This document shows positions 22,852 to 35,554 of a stretch of 64,000 bases of DNA, in pieces. Source of the DNA: Convolutriloba macropyga (taxonomy: Eukaryota); assembly GCF_964194025.1 (NCBI RefSeq), contig NC_134472.1:70804001-70868000 (forward strand). The letters run 5' to 3'. The stretch's first letter is position 1, and each line of letters starts with the position of its first letter. The translations under genes and the position numbers were made by a program. The notes below the pieces were generated by a model. It saw only the letters and a program-made list of their open reading frames with translations. It was not told the origin of the DNA and searched no databases.

Positions 22852-23706
22852 AGCTAGTTGTCAAACTTTAATTGGCTATGTTTTTGAATATTTGACTATA
22901 AATATTGCTAACGTGATAATTAAAAACAAAATTTTTTTAGTTGTTATAAGTAATTTACTTGGAACCAGCCGATCGCGGAAACAATATTTTTTTCCATACG
23001 ACCTTAGTCTGCATAGCCAAATTCGCACAGCGGATATAATTAATTGTTGATGATATCTGTGTTTTGAAACGAACTTCATTTGCATTAATTGTAATTCAAT
23101 TGTTGATTTTGCCACATTAAGTTTAAGCTGCGAAATCTAAATTAAAATCAGAAAAACATTAAATACAATTAATGACAATAGAAAATTGTGTTTACCAAGT
23201 CACTAGAAACTCAATTTGGTATAATAATTATTAAATACTTAAACTGACGATTTTGTGGCTATATTTACAGATATCTTGGTCCAGCTAGTCGTCCAACTTT
23301 AATCGGTTGTTTTTGAATATTTGACTATAAATATTGATAAATTGATAATTTAAAACTGAATTTTTAGTTGTTTATAATTAATTTACTTGAAACCAGCTGA
23401 TCGCGGAAACATTATTTGCTCCACACGACCTTAGTCTGCATAGCCAAATTCGCACAGCGGAAAAATTCATCGTTGTTGATGATGTCTATGTTTTGAAACG
23501 AACTTCAGTGTAATAATGGTAATTCAATGATTTTGCCATCTTAAGTTTCTTTAGCTGCGAAATCTAAATTAAAATCAGAAACCCATTAAATACAATAAAT
23601 GACAATAGAAAAACCTCTTTACGAAGTCGGAAACTCAATTTGGTAAAATTATTATTAACTACCTAAACTGACGATTTTTTTTGGCTATTTACAGATGTCT
23701 TGGTCC
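22852..23706. repeat. Tandem duplication, 2 x ~430 bp
   Basis: Unit 1 is 22852-23282 and unit 2 is 23283-23706. Both share e.g. GACCTTAGTCTGCATAGCCAAATTCGCACAGCGGA. Confidence 0.9.
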
Positions 23707-24329
23707 ATTCTCTGCATTTACATGCTCCACGAGGAAAATGTTTGGTTAAAACGACAGAAACTCTGAAAGAACTTGGAATAAAAGCAAACTGTATTGACGA
23801 ATGGCAACTAAGAGTTCTTTCACGTTAAAGCGCATAAATTCCTCATACAATGGCCAATAAACAATTGTCAAAATTTAGTACAAGCTAACAAAAACGACGG
23901 TAAAATGTGGCTGTGTGTTAATATCAGAAATTATAATAAAACTGAAAAATAATTGTGAAAAAGCGTTTTAGTTGCTACATTTTTGAGCAAGACTAAATAG
24001 CAATGCTGATTAATTATCAGCTGTCTCTGCTTGGAAAATACACTGATCTTAGAAAGATGTTGCCAACTTTTTTATTGTTCACATAAACGATTTTGATTCC
24101 GCTGTAATGAGGCAATGAAATTTTTTGCAGGCAGTATGAAACTTGTTTCCTCTTGAATGCCATCCCGGGAAATAAATGTTTTTGGTCCGTTTGTTGTTGC
24201 ATCGGTTCATGTTATCAGCAACTTCATTAGATTGTCATATTTTCCGAAACACGGAAGAACACATGTTGTTTCATTTTGAAAAAAATTGTTCTATAGGTGC
24301 CCTGTAATTATCGTCTCTTATCAATAACA

Positions 24330-24620
24330 CCATGTTTATAAAAAAAAGATTTAAAGCTGTTATCAGGAACCAAATAAATAAATCATGGATATAAATTATA
24401 ATTCTTCGCAACAATCAGTATGGCTTTGAAGAAACGTGAAAGTGTTGATGCCATTATGTAATTGATGAGAATTCATTAAAGATAAAAGACAGAAAAAAAA
24501 TTGTTAAAGCAGCTTTTTTTTCGATCTCAAAGGCTCGTGATTTCATCTATGCTCAATTTTGGAAACTAAGATAACAAACCTCGGCTTTGAGTAGTCTGCA
24601 AATAAGTTTCTACCGGAGCG
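24330..24620 (+). mobile_element. Short LINE RT fragment
   Basis: NQYGF..E.VDAI..AAFFDL.KA.D motifs across broken frames. Confidence 0.5.
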
Positions 24621-25019
24621 CATAGTAGCATTTTTTTTCAATTTTCGCTTTTTACCATTTTAATGTCTTGCAAATGTTTTCCTAAATATCACATAAATCA
24701 ATGCTCGAGACTTTAAAGACTGACGGAACATTTCAAAACTTGAATAATTAACTTTTTTTCCAAAAAAAACGAACAATTAAGATATTGTTGCAACAGTTGC
24801 CAGAGAAGGACTAATTTCCTGCGTAATTATTCAAGAAAATACGGCTAAAATTACGGAAACTAGGCAAAACTAATCACTTTCTCGAGTTGCTTCCTAAGCT
24901 GTTTCGAAAAATCTGGGCTTCATGTTTTTTCGTCATACCTTGCGGTGTAAATTAAGATTCGTTTTTTTAACAATTCGCTAAAAATTATCAAATTTTCAAG
25001 ATTTTTAAAAGTGATAAAG

Positions 25020-25525
25020 TTAACAGGAGGTGCATAATGAGTTTTTCCGAGGAGGTCTTGACAATCTGCGGAGCTTGAAACCGGGAGTTGCATTTCTGTT
25101 TGCCTCTTTAGCCAGTACCATGTCAGCAACACTCTCGAAAAGATCCTTTACGCCCTCGCCAGTTTTCGCTGATGTTTGGAAACTTCTGTGGTATATAGAA
25201 CCGGATATTTGCTCGAGTGTTCGTGTCTGTATTCGTTTCATGTCGCATTTGTTGGCAACCAGAACGAAAACGGTGTCGTCGGGAACTATTTCTTCAGCCT
25301 TTTGCTTCCACTGGTCAAGAACTGACATGGATTTGTCATCGTTGATTGCAAATACGATTATGACTGCGTCTGCAAATCTGAAATTGACAGAGGGTACAGT
25401 TGATACGTCGCATTGTTGCCCACTTAATGTCCACAAATTCAAGTCCATCCGAGTTTTGTTTCGGATAATCCTCTTAACGCAGAAGTCGCTGCCGAGAGTG
25501 GCAACGTAGGTTTCGTTGAAGCGAC
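25020..25525 (-). CDS. Rab-like small GTPase, exon 2 (nested antisense in EBP2 intron 2)
   Basis: TTTCAG|GRFNETYVATLGSDF...LNLWTLSGQQ...VANKCD...TSAKTGEGV...LCTSC*; phase matches exon 1. Confidence 0.88.
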
Positions 25526-25811
25526 CTGAAAAAAAAGCTGATTAAGTTATCCACGAGTAATTCGGATCATTGGTTATTAACTCCTGTTGTTTGAGCAGAA
25601 TTATAAAAGTCGCATTTCGACATGATACGTCCTGCCGCTAAAATAGGATCATCTTTAACTGATATTTTTACACATTTTAAGAGTGGTAAATATAATATAA
25701 TATAATGGCTGTTCCTAATTCGGAAATGAAAAATTTTGATCTCGTTGGGAAGGAAAACAATTCCAAAAACATTCTTGGATAGCAGAACAAATGTTTTTGA
25801 TGTTCACCTAC

Positions 25812-25908
25812 CGTCTGTGTACTGCCGGACAAGACTAGTTTTTCCGGTGTAGCCATGGCCAGCTAGGATGATCTTGTACGACTTTGTAGCTTCTTTTTCT
25901 ACTGACAT
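25812..25908 (-). CDS. Rab-like small GTPase, exon 1
   Basis: MSVEKEATKSYKIILAGHGYTGKTSLVRQYTD|GTAGG; P-loop GxxxxGKT; phase-1 intron of 286 bp. Confidence 0.88.
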
Positions 25909-26571
25909 GAGTAGTATTTAAACTTTATCAGATCTTGCTTAGTGATTGAGCAATTGAGTTACGGTTCGAATGTTGAATAAGATCAATGGTTTGGATTGGT
26001 TGTTGATTCTTCGAGTGGCATGTTTAGATTTGGAAACTGTTCGTTTGTCAAGTTGTCATTAATTTGTGATTTATTTAAGTTTCAGGATCTGATCGTAGGG
26101 TGCGAGTAATACTTCCGACATCTTCTTCTGACGTAATAAAGCATTTTGATGAAGTCGTCCATGAAAAAAGTATAACAAATTACACCAGAAGTCGTCCATG
26201 ATAAAAAATAATACAAGAATAAAAGAGTGTTGTGACATGTTCTTTCAAAATTTTAAGACGAAGTTTTCTGCTTTGAATTTTAAGAGGAGTGAATGAAGGT
26301 TAAATAAAAAAGGAACACTGGATTCAGCCATATCAACGATTATTCAAATTACTAATTACTCTAACATTCAGCAGAAAAGTTAAGCAATTTCAAATTTTGT
26401 CGCAAATTTCAAAGAAAAAAACGCGTTAGATTTATACGTTTTTATACGTCATCCCAACAACAAATTAAATTGTATCAGTTTACACCGAGTCATTGAAAAG
26501 AGTCCATTGTTGCTCATCCTGAGGTCGTCCTGAATCAGTACCGAGTCATTTATCTAAATGGTTTTTACATT

Positions 26572-27515
26572 TTTAATAGTCGTCGTCAGCATCTCAACGG
26601 CTATTATATAGGCGCTCTCCTTTTTTTCTTACAATTCAAAGAATTTGAATGGTATTTGGGCGCTCTTTTTTTAAGATCTGTTCACACTTTTTTATGATTT
26701 TTGAAGTCAAATTGGAGTAGTTATTTTGGTCACGCCGAAGCAGGGAGTGGAACGAAAAAGCGAGTGGTTTTTTTGGTCGTGAATTTCTTTGCTCTATTTT
26801 TAAGGTAGAGTGCGAAGACGGTGTTTGAACAAAAATTCGCTTTCTCGCTAGTAGTTTTTGTTCACATGCGGCAACTTCACTTTGATTTTTTAAAATGTTT
26901 TTTCGATTTTTTGGATCGGATTTCTAAATGGTTTTCCTAATTATAGTTTATTCTAGGCTTAGTTTTACTCATAGTCCGTTCTAGGCCTAGTTTTTTGTTC
27001 AGTCAATAAAAATTTTTTGAATTGTGCGTCAAGACTTGTCCTGCTATGTTTTTTAATTCGCTTTACCTTTTGATCCCGATTTTCGTTTTACATAAGTCAC
27101 TATTTTCACGACTTCTGACTTACTTCACTCACTGTTTCAACTGAATGGATTTTAAATTCTTTCATGCATTGAATTACGCAATGCTGTGAATACGGTGAAT
27201 GTCAAAAGAACAAAATCAAAAGAGACGGGATAAACCTATAAAGCCGGGTCATTAAGTCATAGTGCACTAGGTTATCAAGTGCGTTAGAGTGTTTGCTAGC
27301 TGACAGGTATTGAGCTTATTAGCTTTTATTTTAGAGGCTGAATTAAGTATAGTTTTAGAATCTAACTGAAACTGCATGCCAAATTAGAACACTTTGACAC
27401 TGGAAAAAAAAAAACAGAAAAAAATTCGGCCAATTTGTCTCTTGTTTTTCTTTTTCTGTCTCAATCCCGATATGCATCAAGGGTGGCTATTTTCCGGCAA
27501 TCTGCCCGCTATGTT
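26572..27515 (+). mobile_element. Helentron/DINE-1-like non-autonomous element, copy 1
   Basis: 5' TTTAATAGTCG..CGGCTATTA and 3' GGCTATTTTCCGGCAATCTGCCCGCTATGTT; internal part is homologous to 33560-34140. Confidence 0.6.
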
Positions 27516-27730
27516 TGCAAATTGCTTTTAGATTTCCTCATTTTAAAACATTGTTCTTAGTTGAATAGCCGGCTACTGTGACGTCACTGTTTATGTTACG
27601 TAGCTTGATCTTATTTATTTGCTATGACTTACTTCCTGTTCCTGTTATTTGAATTGTGATATTTGAGATGTTTTACTGGATCGATATGGCTATAATTCGC
27701 CTTTTAAAAAGGTCAGCGTTTTTGTTTCAG

Positions 27731-27854
27731 TTTTGGACAAGCACAAGCAGCTGTGGCCATTGCTTTGCCGAAGCTACGCAAACTGGGTGTAAAGACAGAA
27801 AGACCTGCAGACTTCTTTGCAGAAATGGCCAAATCAGATGAACACATGAAAAAA
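27731..27854 (+). CDS. EBNA1BP2: EBP2 exon 3
   Basis: FGQAQAAVAIALPKLRKLGVKTERPADFFAEMAKSDEHMKK, with the hallmark RPxD(Y/F)FAEMAKSD; AG/GT borders and phases are consistent. Confidence 0.93.
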
Positions 27855-28114
27855 GTGAGATCGCGTCAATCTTTGTCATTTTTGTTATTTTAGAACATGT
27901 TATAGATAAACTAGCATAAAGGCTTCAAACTGTTTTTTATTAGAATGGACATAAACAGCTGTTTGATATGATTAATGTTGTGTAATAATCGAAGATTTTT
28001 ATTGACTGCACAATAAAGTACCATTTGAGTAAATTGAGTGATCTGTATTATGCCATCTTTATTGCCCTAATCATGGATTGTAGTCGGTAGTGCTGTAATA
28101 CATTATTTGTTCAG

Positions 28115-28204
28115 GTACGTGAGCGGCTGTTGGCAAAGAGCAAGACGGCAGAACGAGTGGAGAAGATCAGAAAGCTGAGAGAAGCCAAAAAGTTTGCAAA
28201 GAAA
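28115..28204 (+). CDS. EBNA1BP2: EBP2 exon 4
   Basis: VRERLLAKSKTAERVEKIRKLREAKKFAKK|GTAAGT; 90 bp, phase 0. Confidence 0.9.
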
Positions 28205-28292
28205 GTAAGTGAATGAATAATACCACTCGGTTATTACATGTCAATCGAAAGGTCATCAAACTGAGACAAAGCCGAGGTTTTTTCTTAGTTTT

Positions 28293-29071
28293 ATAAAAGC
28301 CGCGAAGCGATAGCGAGGTTATTATTGGTCGCATCGTAGTTTTGTTCTATACTTTGTCTCCATCGATTATTCTTGCGGCCATCCGACTTTTCCATTTTAA
28401 ATGACTTCTATCGCTGTGCAACTAACAATGTGTGCGTGACGTCATTTCTCACTCTGTTTTTGTCAGTTTGTATGTCAATAGGTTTCTTTTGAATTGCTCT
28501 CGAACGAAGTTTGAAGCAATAATTGTAAACATGCGTGTCTTTTTTATGCAAAATTTTTGCTTGACTGTTTTTGCGCTTTTGTTCTAGAACCTTTTTGACT
28601 TCCTGAGTGACCTTTTTACACTTTAGTTCTTAGTTTTTGAGTGATCTAAATTGCTCTCGTTCTGAAAAAAAACTTTGTTACTAAAATCCATTGTGAGCGA
28701 AAGGAGAACAAAGACATCGTAGCCGAGTGGTTCAGATGTCAGACTGACAACCTGGAGGTCTGTTAACGTTTTATCATGCACGACGTAACTCACTCAAAGA
28801 CTTTTTAACGCTCAAACTTTAATTTAAAAAAAATAAAAACATCTGTTTTTGAAGGTCAAAGTAGTGCACCGTTATGAGATTCTTGCGTAGAAGGTTTCTG
28901 TTACTTGACCGAATAGAAAAAAAACGTGTTCAAATGTTTATCCAATGAGAAAAAGGCGAAGTAGCCCTGTTTTGATTCATATGCTGGAATCTTATTTAAT
29001 AATTTGTCTGTTACAACAGGTCTCGACAACTTATTTCGCAGCTTTTTTGCGGCAATCTGCCGTGTATAGTT
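28293..29071 (+). mobile_element. Helentron/DINE-1-like element, copy 2, with internal tRNA-like segment
   Basis: 5' AAAAGCCGCGAAGCGATAGCGAGGTTATTATT; 3' GCAGCTTTTTTGCGGCAATCTGCCGTGTATAGTT; A-box-like TAGCCGAGTGG at ~28719. Confidence 0.6.
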
Positions 29072-30876
29072 AATCATGCGTTATTAAGTTAATGAATCGC
29101 AAGATATGCAAAATTTATTGCAACGAGAAGATTGCAAAATTTTTTGAAGACGAGGGCTGATTGCCAGTTGGACTCTATCGATGCATGCTTTCTATGAAAA
29201 TTGAGCTTAAAGCTATAGAGAGAACTACTTTTGTTGTTTTTGCATGCTTTCTATTAAAATCGAGCCTGAAGCGATGAAGAGAACTAGTTTGGTTAGTTCC
29301 AATATTCTAAAAGCTAATTTGAAAAATCGGTGAAATTTAATTTTTGTGACGAAGTAATGACGGAAAAGTTAACACTATTTCGCATCAGGTAACACTATTT
29401 CGCATCAGGTGAAACTGAATTTTGCTCGTAGGGTCATACTCTTTGTTAATTTTCAAATGGTCTTTTTGAGAACTTTTAGAGTCATGGGTTTTGCGCATTC
29501 AATTCTTTGGATTGAAATTCGTCTGCTAATGGTTTTCCTAATTTGTTGGTGAAAAGCTTAAACTCACGATTGGCTACTGATTACATCCTTCACTGATTGA
29601 ATTAATTGATTTTTGGGTTTAAGTACGCAATAAGTACTAAAAATCAATTGTAAAAGCTTGAAGTCAAGAAAAGCGGAATGACCCTGTAAAAGCCTGACTA
29701 TGTTATTAATTGCTCTGAAACTAAGTTTGTAGAAATTATGTTAGTCCTGTGTTTTTTTAAAGTGTGATTTCTCGCTCGTCTGGTCTGATTTTTTGTCTGA
29801 CCCTTTTGACTTTTCGTCCTCAAAAAAGGGATAAGCAGAACGTCCAGAGGGCTGTGAGTTCTCTGAGAGCCTTACGCCTAACTAGTCTCTAAGAATGCGA
29901 TTAACCAAAAAATTTCATGGTGTGAATGGTGAGGGTTCATAGTTTGAAAAGTTTGACCCCTCACTCACCCCCATTACCACCACCCCAACATTCCCCGTCC
30001 ACCCTCTTCATCTGGTGATTTGGACCCCCTATAGTCCAGCCCTCCCAACTTTACCCCATCCCCCACCTACCGCTTGACCACCGCACTCCGTTCACCCCCA
30101 CCCTAATGCTAGCATCCCTAAGCCCCAGCTGGCTAATACCGAAGCCAACGGCTCACCGATCGTTTAAGAGCAGTTCGCCCAAGCCATTTTCTTTCAATCT
30201 GAAGCCATGTTTTAAAATTTGTTGTGCCATCACAAGGAACCTCAATTTTTCCCCCAATTCGATTATTACAAGCTTTTAAGTGTTAACATTCCAGATTATA
30301 TCCCGCATTATTTTTGATCCCAAATTACCCAAATTGAAGTTGTATTGCTGTGAAATGTTTCATGCGCTTGGAGAATTATACTGCGCTGAAACATTGATGA
30401 AGACTCTCTGCTTTTTCCCCCAAATATTTTATCCATAGAAATTCATTGTGTAAAAGAAGTATGTCACAAGTTTCCCTCAATTGTGGCTCGATGATTCTGC
30501 AATTCAAGTATATGTTACTTAACATGTGATAAGAAATATAGAATGAAGTGCCTTTTTTAGCGTCTTATTGTATGAAAACATCATGCTGAATTTATTATTG
30601 CGTTTATATGCATCCTGCCTGTCAGGTGTAGTAAATTGGGAATAATCCTGAACTGTGGGAACCACCACTATCGGAACCGCGGAATTTTTTTGTCTCCATA
30701 AACATTTTTGATCAAAGCTGTATAGCATAGTAAGAGGCAGAACTTCCCACCATTACAATTAATATTTACCATGATAGATCTCTATAAAATGTAATTATAA
30801 TGGGCCTATTTCATCAGAGAAAAGAGGGTGATCCGTTCCGAATGTCGAATAAATCGTTGTTGATTGGTTTGTGTAG

Positions 30877-31067
30877 GTGCAAATAGAGAAAGAGAAGAGT
30901 AAAGTGAGTGAGAAGCGGAGTGTGAATGAGAAAGTGTATCTGATCAAGAAAGGAAAGAGCAAAGACTTCTCTTTTCTCAACGAGGACTCAGTCACAGGCA
31001 ACAAGACCCTTGACCTCACAGACAAAGTAGTCACCAAGGCACTACTCAAAAATGTCAACAGCTCCAA
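30877..31067 (+). CDS. EBNA1BP2: EBP2 exon 5
   Basis: TGTAG|VQIEKEKSKVSEKRSVNEKV..KKGKSKDFSFL...|GTAAGT, phase 2. Confidence 0.85.
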
Positions 31068-31349
31068 GTAAGTCTCGAATTTAGAATTGACCTTTTTAAA
31101 GGATCAATGTTTCTTTCCACCAATTACATAATAAGCCTTGTCCTTTTGACACTCATATTGTGAATTTTGATAACCCTTTTCCCAAAGTCTATACAAACTG
31201 TAAAAATATGCTGTGTGATTAATAGCCGTGAATCGATAGCGGCTTTTATTGGGGACATCGTGGTTTTCTACAATTCAAAGAATATCAAAATAAAGAGATT
31301 TTTTTTGAATTCTGCTTTTTCCGAGGAGTTACGTAGGTTGAAGTTTTTG

Positions 31350-31860
31350 TGAACGTTAGCCTCACAATATGTTGTTTTAATTTTCTTCATGAAAAATGGC
31401 ACAAAATTTGCTGACAACTTGAGTCACCTTTCTCGAACTTGAACTGTAGTGCAGACAAAAACTGCTGACCAAATATCTGTTCACTCAAATGAGGGCTATT
31501 TGTACCTGTAGATCTTAAGAAAGTGTTCTGGAACTAACATTTTGGCGGCTTTAACTGTTTATCAAAATTATTTGGTTACCAAAATATCCTTTAGGCTGTT
31601 AATTCCAACACTTACGTTTTTTAACAGCCGTAACAGCAATAACAAATTCAGTTGTTTTCTCGTCATTGATTTTTACGTAGCAAAAATTTGTATTTTGGAT
31701 TTGTACTTTAGAAAAAATAGCAATATTTTCATTCCAAATACAGACAAATCTGCTTTCAAATAGGGGTCCAATTTTGGGAGACACAATGTTGTTCAAATTA
31801 GGACCAATGAATAAGTATTCTTCTTTCTGAGTAAAATTTATCGTTCTTATGGCTTAAACA
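31350..31860 (-). mobile_element. Possible Penelope-like GIY-YIG remnant
   Basis: Minus-strand IYRYK.PS...Y..S pattern resembles the PLE endonuclease start; very degraded. Confidence 0.25.
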
Positions 31861-31869
31861 AAGTGTTTT

Positions 31870-32639
31870 TTAATAGCCGCACAGCGATAGCTGGGGCTAT
31901 TATTGGCCTTCTCTTGTTTTTTTTTATTTCGTCGTCATGATTTTTGTTACGACCATATGACGTCACAGCCACTTTTTGTTCATTCGTTCATGCAATTTCA
32001 ACTAAATTGCGTGTGTGACGTCATTTTTCGCTCTTAGTGGAGCGAGTTTTTTTGTTCATGCGCGTGATTAAATGTTTGGTCACACTTGACTTACCTCACT
32101 CTCAAAAATGACTCCTTAACAGAATCCAAAAGTTCTGAATTTTTCCTTAACAGGTTCTGAATTTTTCCTTAACAGAACCCGATGTGTATCCAAAAGTTAC
32201 TATTTGTTTTTAATCTATTTACGAACATTTAAATCACTAATCTATATTACTAACATTTGTAATAGTTTTCTTAATGGAGAGGAGTCAATAACAAGACTTT
32301 TGTTGTATAACAAGAGTTTTTTTGTTCATGCGCGTGATTAAATGTTTGGTCACACTTGACTTACCTCACTCTCAAAAATGACTTCCTCACTTTGAAACTG
32401 ACTTTTATTTACTTTAAATCAAAGAGATAAGGTCAAATGGGCGTGTGTCACTCTAAATGAAGGTTATATGAGAGCAGCTAATAGGGGCAGCAATAACTTA
32501 TACAGATTTTTAATCAAAATATAACAGATCAGCCTTCAATGAAAAGACGAATTTTTTTGGTCTGTCTTTTTTACTGTTTTTTAGACTGCCGATCTACGAA
32601 TCTGTTGCGGCTATTTTCTGGCAATATGCCAGCTATGTT
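31870..32639 (+). mobile_element. Helentron/DINE-1-like element, copy 3
   Basis: 5' TTAATAGCCGC..GGGGCTATTATT; 3' GCGGCTATTTTCTGGCAATATGCCAGCTATGTT. Confidence 0.65.
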
Positions 32640-33559
32640 AAGAAATTTTCCTATTTTTGTCGGTATTTGTTTTCTCTTTTTTAGTCTTTGAACACAGTCT
32701 AAAAGCTATCATCTAATTTGCTATCTAGGGAGAAATAAATTTTTAATGCTTCAGTTGATATCATATAATTTTTCCTTAACAGAACCCGATGTGTATCCAA
32801 AAGTTACTATTTGTTTTTAATCTATTTACGAACATTTAAATCACTAATCTATATTACTAACATTTGTAATAGTTTTCTTAATGGAGAGGAGTCAATAACA
32901 AGACTTTTGTCGGTCTAGATGTTGAACAGTAAAATACCCAAATTTTTGAAATTGATTGAGACGCTGCCTTTTTAAAGGAAAATTTAAGCCTTTTCTGCCC
33001 TTTTGGAGACCAAAACGTTAATTGGAGACCAGAATGGACGCAAATCTAACCTCATATTTTTATTGATCGATGTGCAAATTAAAGCCAGTGGAAACCCATT
33101 GTAATTTCCTTGAAAAGTGATTGATTTTTTCTGGGCTTTAACTTTGTTTGCGTAAAATGGTTGGTGAATCTTGAGTTCAGCATGTATTGGTTGTTAGTTT
33201 GTAGTGTTTCAGTTACAAGATTATCTACTTAGTTTTTATTAGTTTGTTGTGTTTATTATGGTGTTATTATTTTTAGAAAGGTCGTTTTCGAAAAATTAAT
33301 GGTTGATGAGCTTTGGCACTTATAATCTTATTTCCGTCACCTTGCAGCATAGTCTCAGCAATGAAGAGTTTCATCATCTTTGGGTTATTTAGAACGCTGT
33401 CTTCATTTTCGTGTTCACAGCCTTTTTGGATTTTGGTCTTTTTGAGTTTCTTTTCTGCTGTCTTGTCACATCGCATCATTTATAATGACACATTATTGAC
33501 CAGTCACTTATCAGTTTAACATTTCAATGGCGCTGAAATAAAGCGCAACTAATTTGAAT

Positions 33560-34644
33560 TGTATGGGGGCGCTGTATTTTTACAATTCAAAGGATTTGAA
33601 TTTTATTGGGGCGCTGTCTTTTTTTTAAGATCTGTTTACACATTTTCATGATTTTCGAAGTCAAATTGGAGTAGTGATTTTGGTCACGCCGAAACAGGAA
33701 GTTGAGCAAAAAAGCGAGTGGTTTTGCGGCGTGAAATTTTTTCTCTCTAATTTCAAAGTAGAGTGAGAAAATGGTGTTTGAACTAAATCTCGCTTTCTCG
33801 CTACTGGTTTTATTTTCACATGCGGCAAGTTCACTTTGATTTTTACTGTTTTTTCGATTTTTTGGATCGGATTTTTTTCTAAATGGTTTTCCCAATCCAC
33901 ACATGATTCATTCTTGTCCTAGTTTTTTGTTTCAACCAAATTTCCATTTTTCGCTGGTGGTTTTTTGTCCACATGCGGCATTTCGACATTGATTTTCTGT
34001 TTTTATTTTTTTTTGATCTGATTTTTTTAAGAAATGGTTTCCCCAATTCACTCATAGTCCGTTCTAGGTCTAGTTTGTCAAGGAAAATTTTTTGAATTGT
34101 ATGCTAGGACTTGTCCTGCTATGTTCTTTTAGTTCGTCGTCTCCATGGATGATTCTTACGACCTGACTTCTTGGTATTGACTTTTTCAATGACTTCAGTG
34201 ACTTCAACTGCTTTGCAGTTAAAATTTGTCTGCGTGACTTCATTTTTTCTGCGTTTACGTCATTTGCGTGACTTAACTGACTCAAAAAATTGACCTCTGA
34301 ACCCGCCTAATGAACTTTGATTTTTATGAACTTTTACTAGTTAAATGTCAATTGTGTGTATCTAAGTAGTGCTAAACGTATATGCCCTAATTCTTGAGTA
34401 TTAGAGTCTTGAGTTTTTGATTTCGAATATGAATTTTGAAACAGCTCCATTAGGTTTTTGCCTTATAGAGCGTATGTGTCTCATAAAAATGAGTCCAAAT
34501 CTAATCAAAAAGTCTATTAAAGGACTGTGGTTTATTAAAGGACTGTTGGTCAATCTGTCTTTCTTATTTCTTTAGTTGTTTCATTTCATGGAAGGCCACA
34601 AGCGTCTATCGCGGCTATTTTCCGGCAATCTGCCGGCAATGTTT
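33560..34644 (+). mobile_element. Helentron/DINE-1-like element, copy 4 (5' end not located)
   Basis: 3' GCGGCTATTTTCCGGCAATCTGCCGGCAATGTT at ~34611-34644; internal homology to 26610-27060. Confidence 0.55.
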
Positions 34645-34939
34645 ACAGAAAGTGCGTAGTTATGGGTAGTCACTGTTTTTTGCATGTCTCGAGAGCTTAA
34701 CTAAGATTTTGATTGTAATGCTTGTGGTTCAATCAAAGAAATTCGAGGCCTGTTTTAAAACTGCAGAATATACGGAATGAAATTATGAATTTGAAGTTAA
34801 TTTTTTATTCGACCAACTGTTTTTGATAGAAAGGAGCGTTTGATGTCAATCATGATTATCGTGCATTTTGTAGATGTTATTTTCAACTTTTCACTGCTGA
34901 TTTGTAAGTGAATTGATTAGAAGCGCAGCAATATTTCAG

Positions 34940-35159
34940 ACAGCAGTCATCTTTCAAAAAAGAAGTGCAGAAGAAGCGCAATAAACTTCGGGAGGCCAAA
35001 GACCTCAAGTATGGCTTTGGAGGTCGCAAGCGGAATATGAAGAGGAACGACAAGAGCAGTTTTAGTGAATTTGGGAAGAAAAAGAAGAAACAGTCAGCTT
35101 CCTCTTCAGGCGGTGGAAAGGTTATTAATTCTAAATCTTGCTTGAAAATTCAAAACTAA
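34940..35159 (+). CDS. EBNA1BP2: EBP2 exon 6 (3' end uncertain: stop at 35159 or donor after 35120)
   Basis: TTTCAG|..QQSSFKKEVQKKRNKLREAKDLKYGFGGRKRNMKRND; hallmark K(F/Y)GFGG.K motif; phase matches exon 5. Confidence 0.88.
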
Positions 35160-35385
35160 AAAATGAATGTGTTTCCGTGTCACACGGAGGATATGTTTTG
35201 TCCACTCTGTTAAACTTTCAAACATATTTATGACCTGTTTACAAATCTTCCTGTACTTATAGAAGTGTTATGATTGTTTACATTAATTGTAATGGTCTAT
35301 CCTATAGGTTAATGTATTGTGTTCAAATTTGAAATCAGTTTGTTCACACTTTGAGGCAATCTTCAAGACCTGGAGAGAAAAAAGG

Positions 35386-35554
35386 GATCTATTCTGTTTT
35401 GCCCCCCCCCCCCCCCCCTAGTGGGCATAAACACTTTATGACCCCCAGGTGCACGTGCTATTTTTTACATAGTAACGTGCTATGTAACAACATATAATTT
35501 GTAACTGGGGTGCATAAAAAACACTGGGGGGGGGGGAGCGAAACAGAATAGATC
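35386..35554. mobile_element. Small MITE (~170 bp)
   Basis: Perfect 14-bp TIR GATCTATTCTGTTT / AAACAGAATAGATC, flanked internally by complementary poly-C and poly-G tracts. Confidence 0.75.

Noticed and set aside
25030-25509. 159-aa plus-strand ORF
   Set aside because: It is the antisense shadow of the Rab-like exon.
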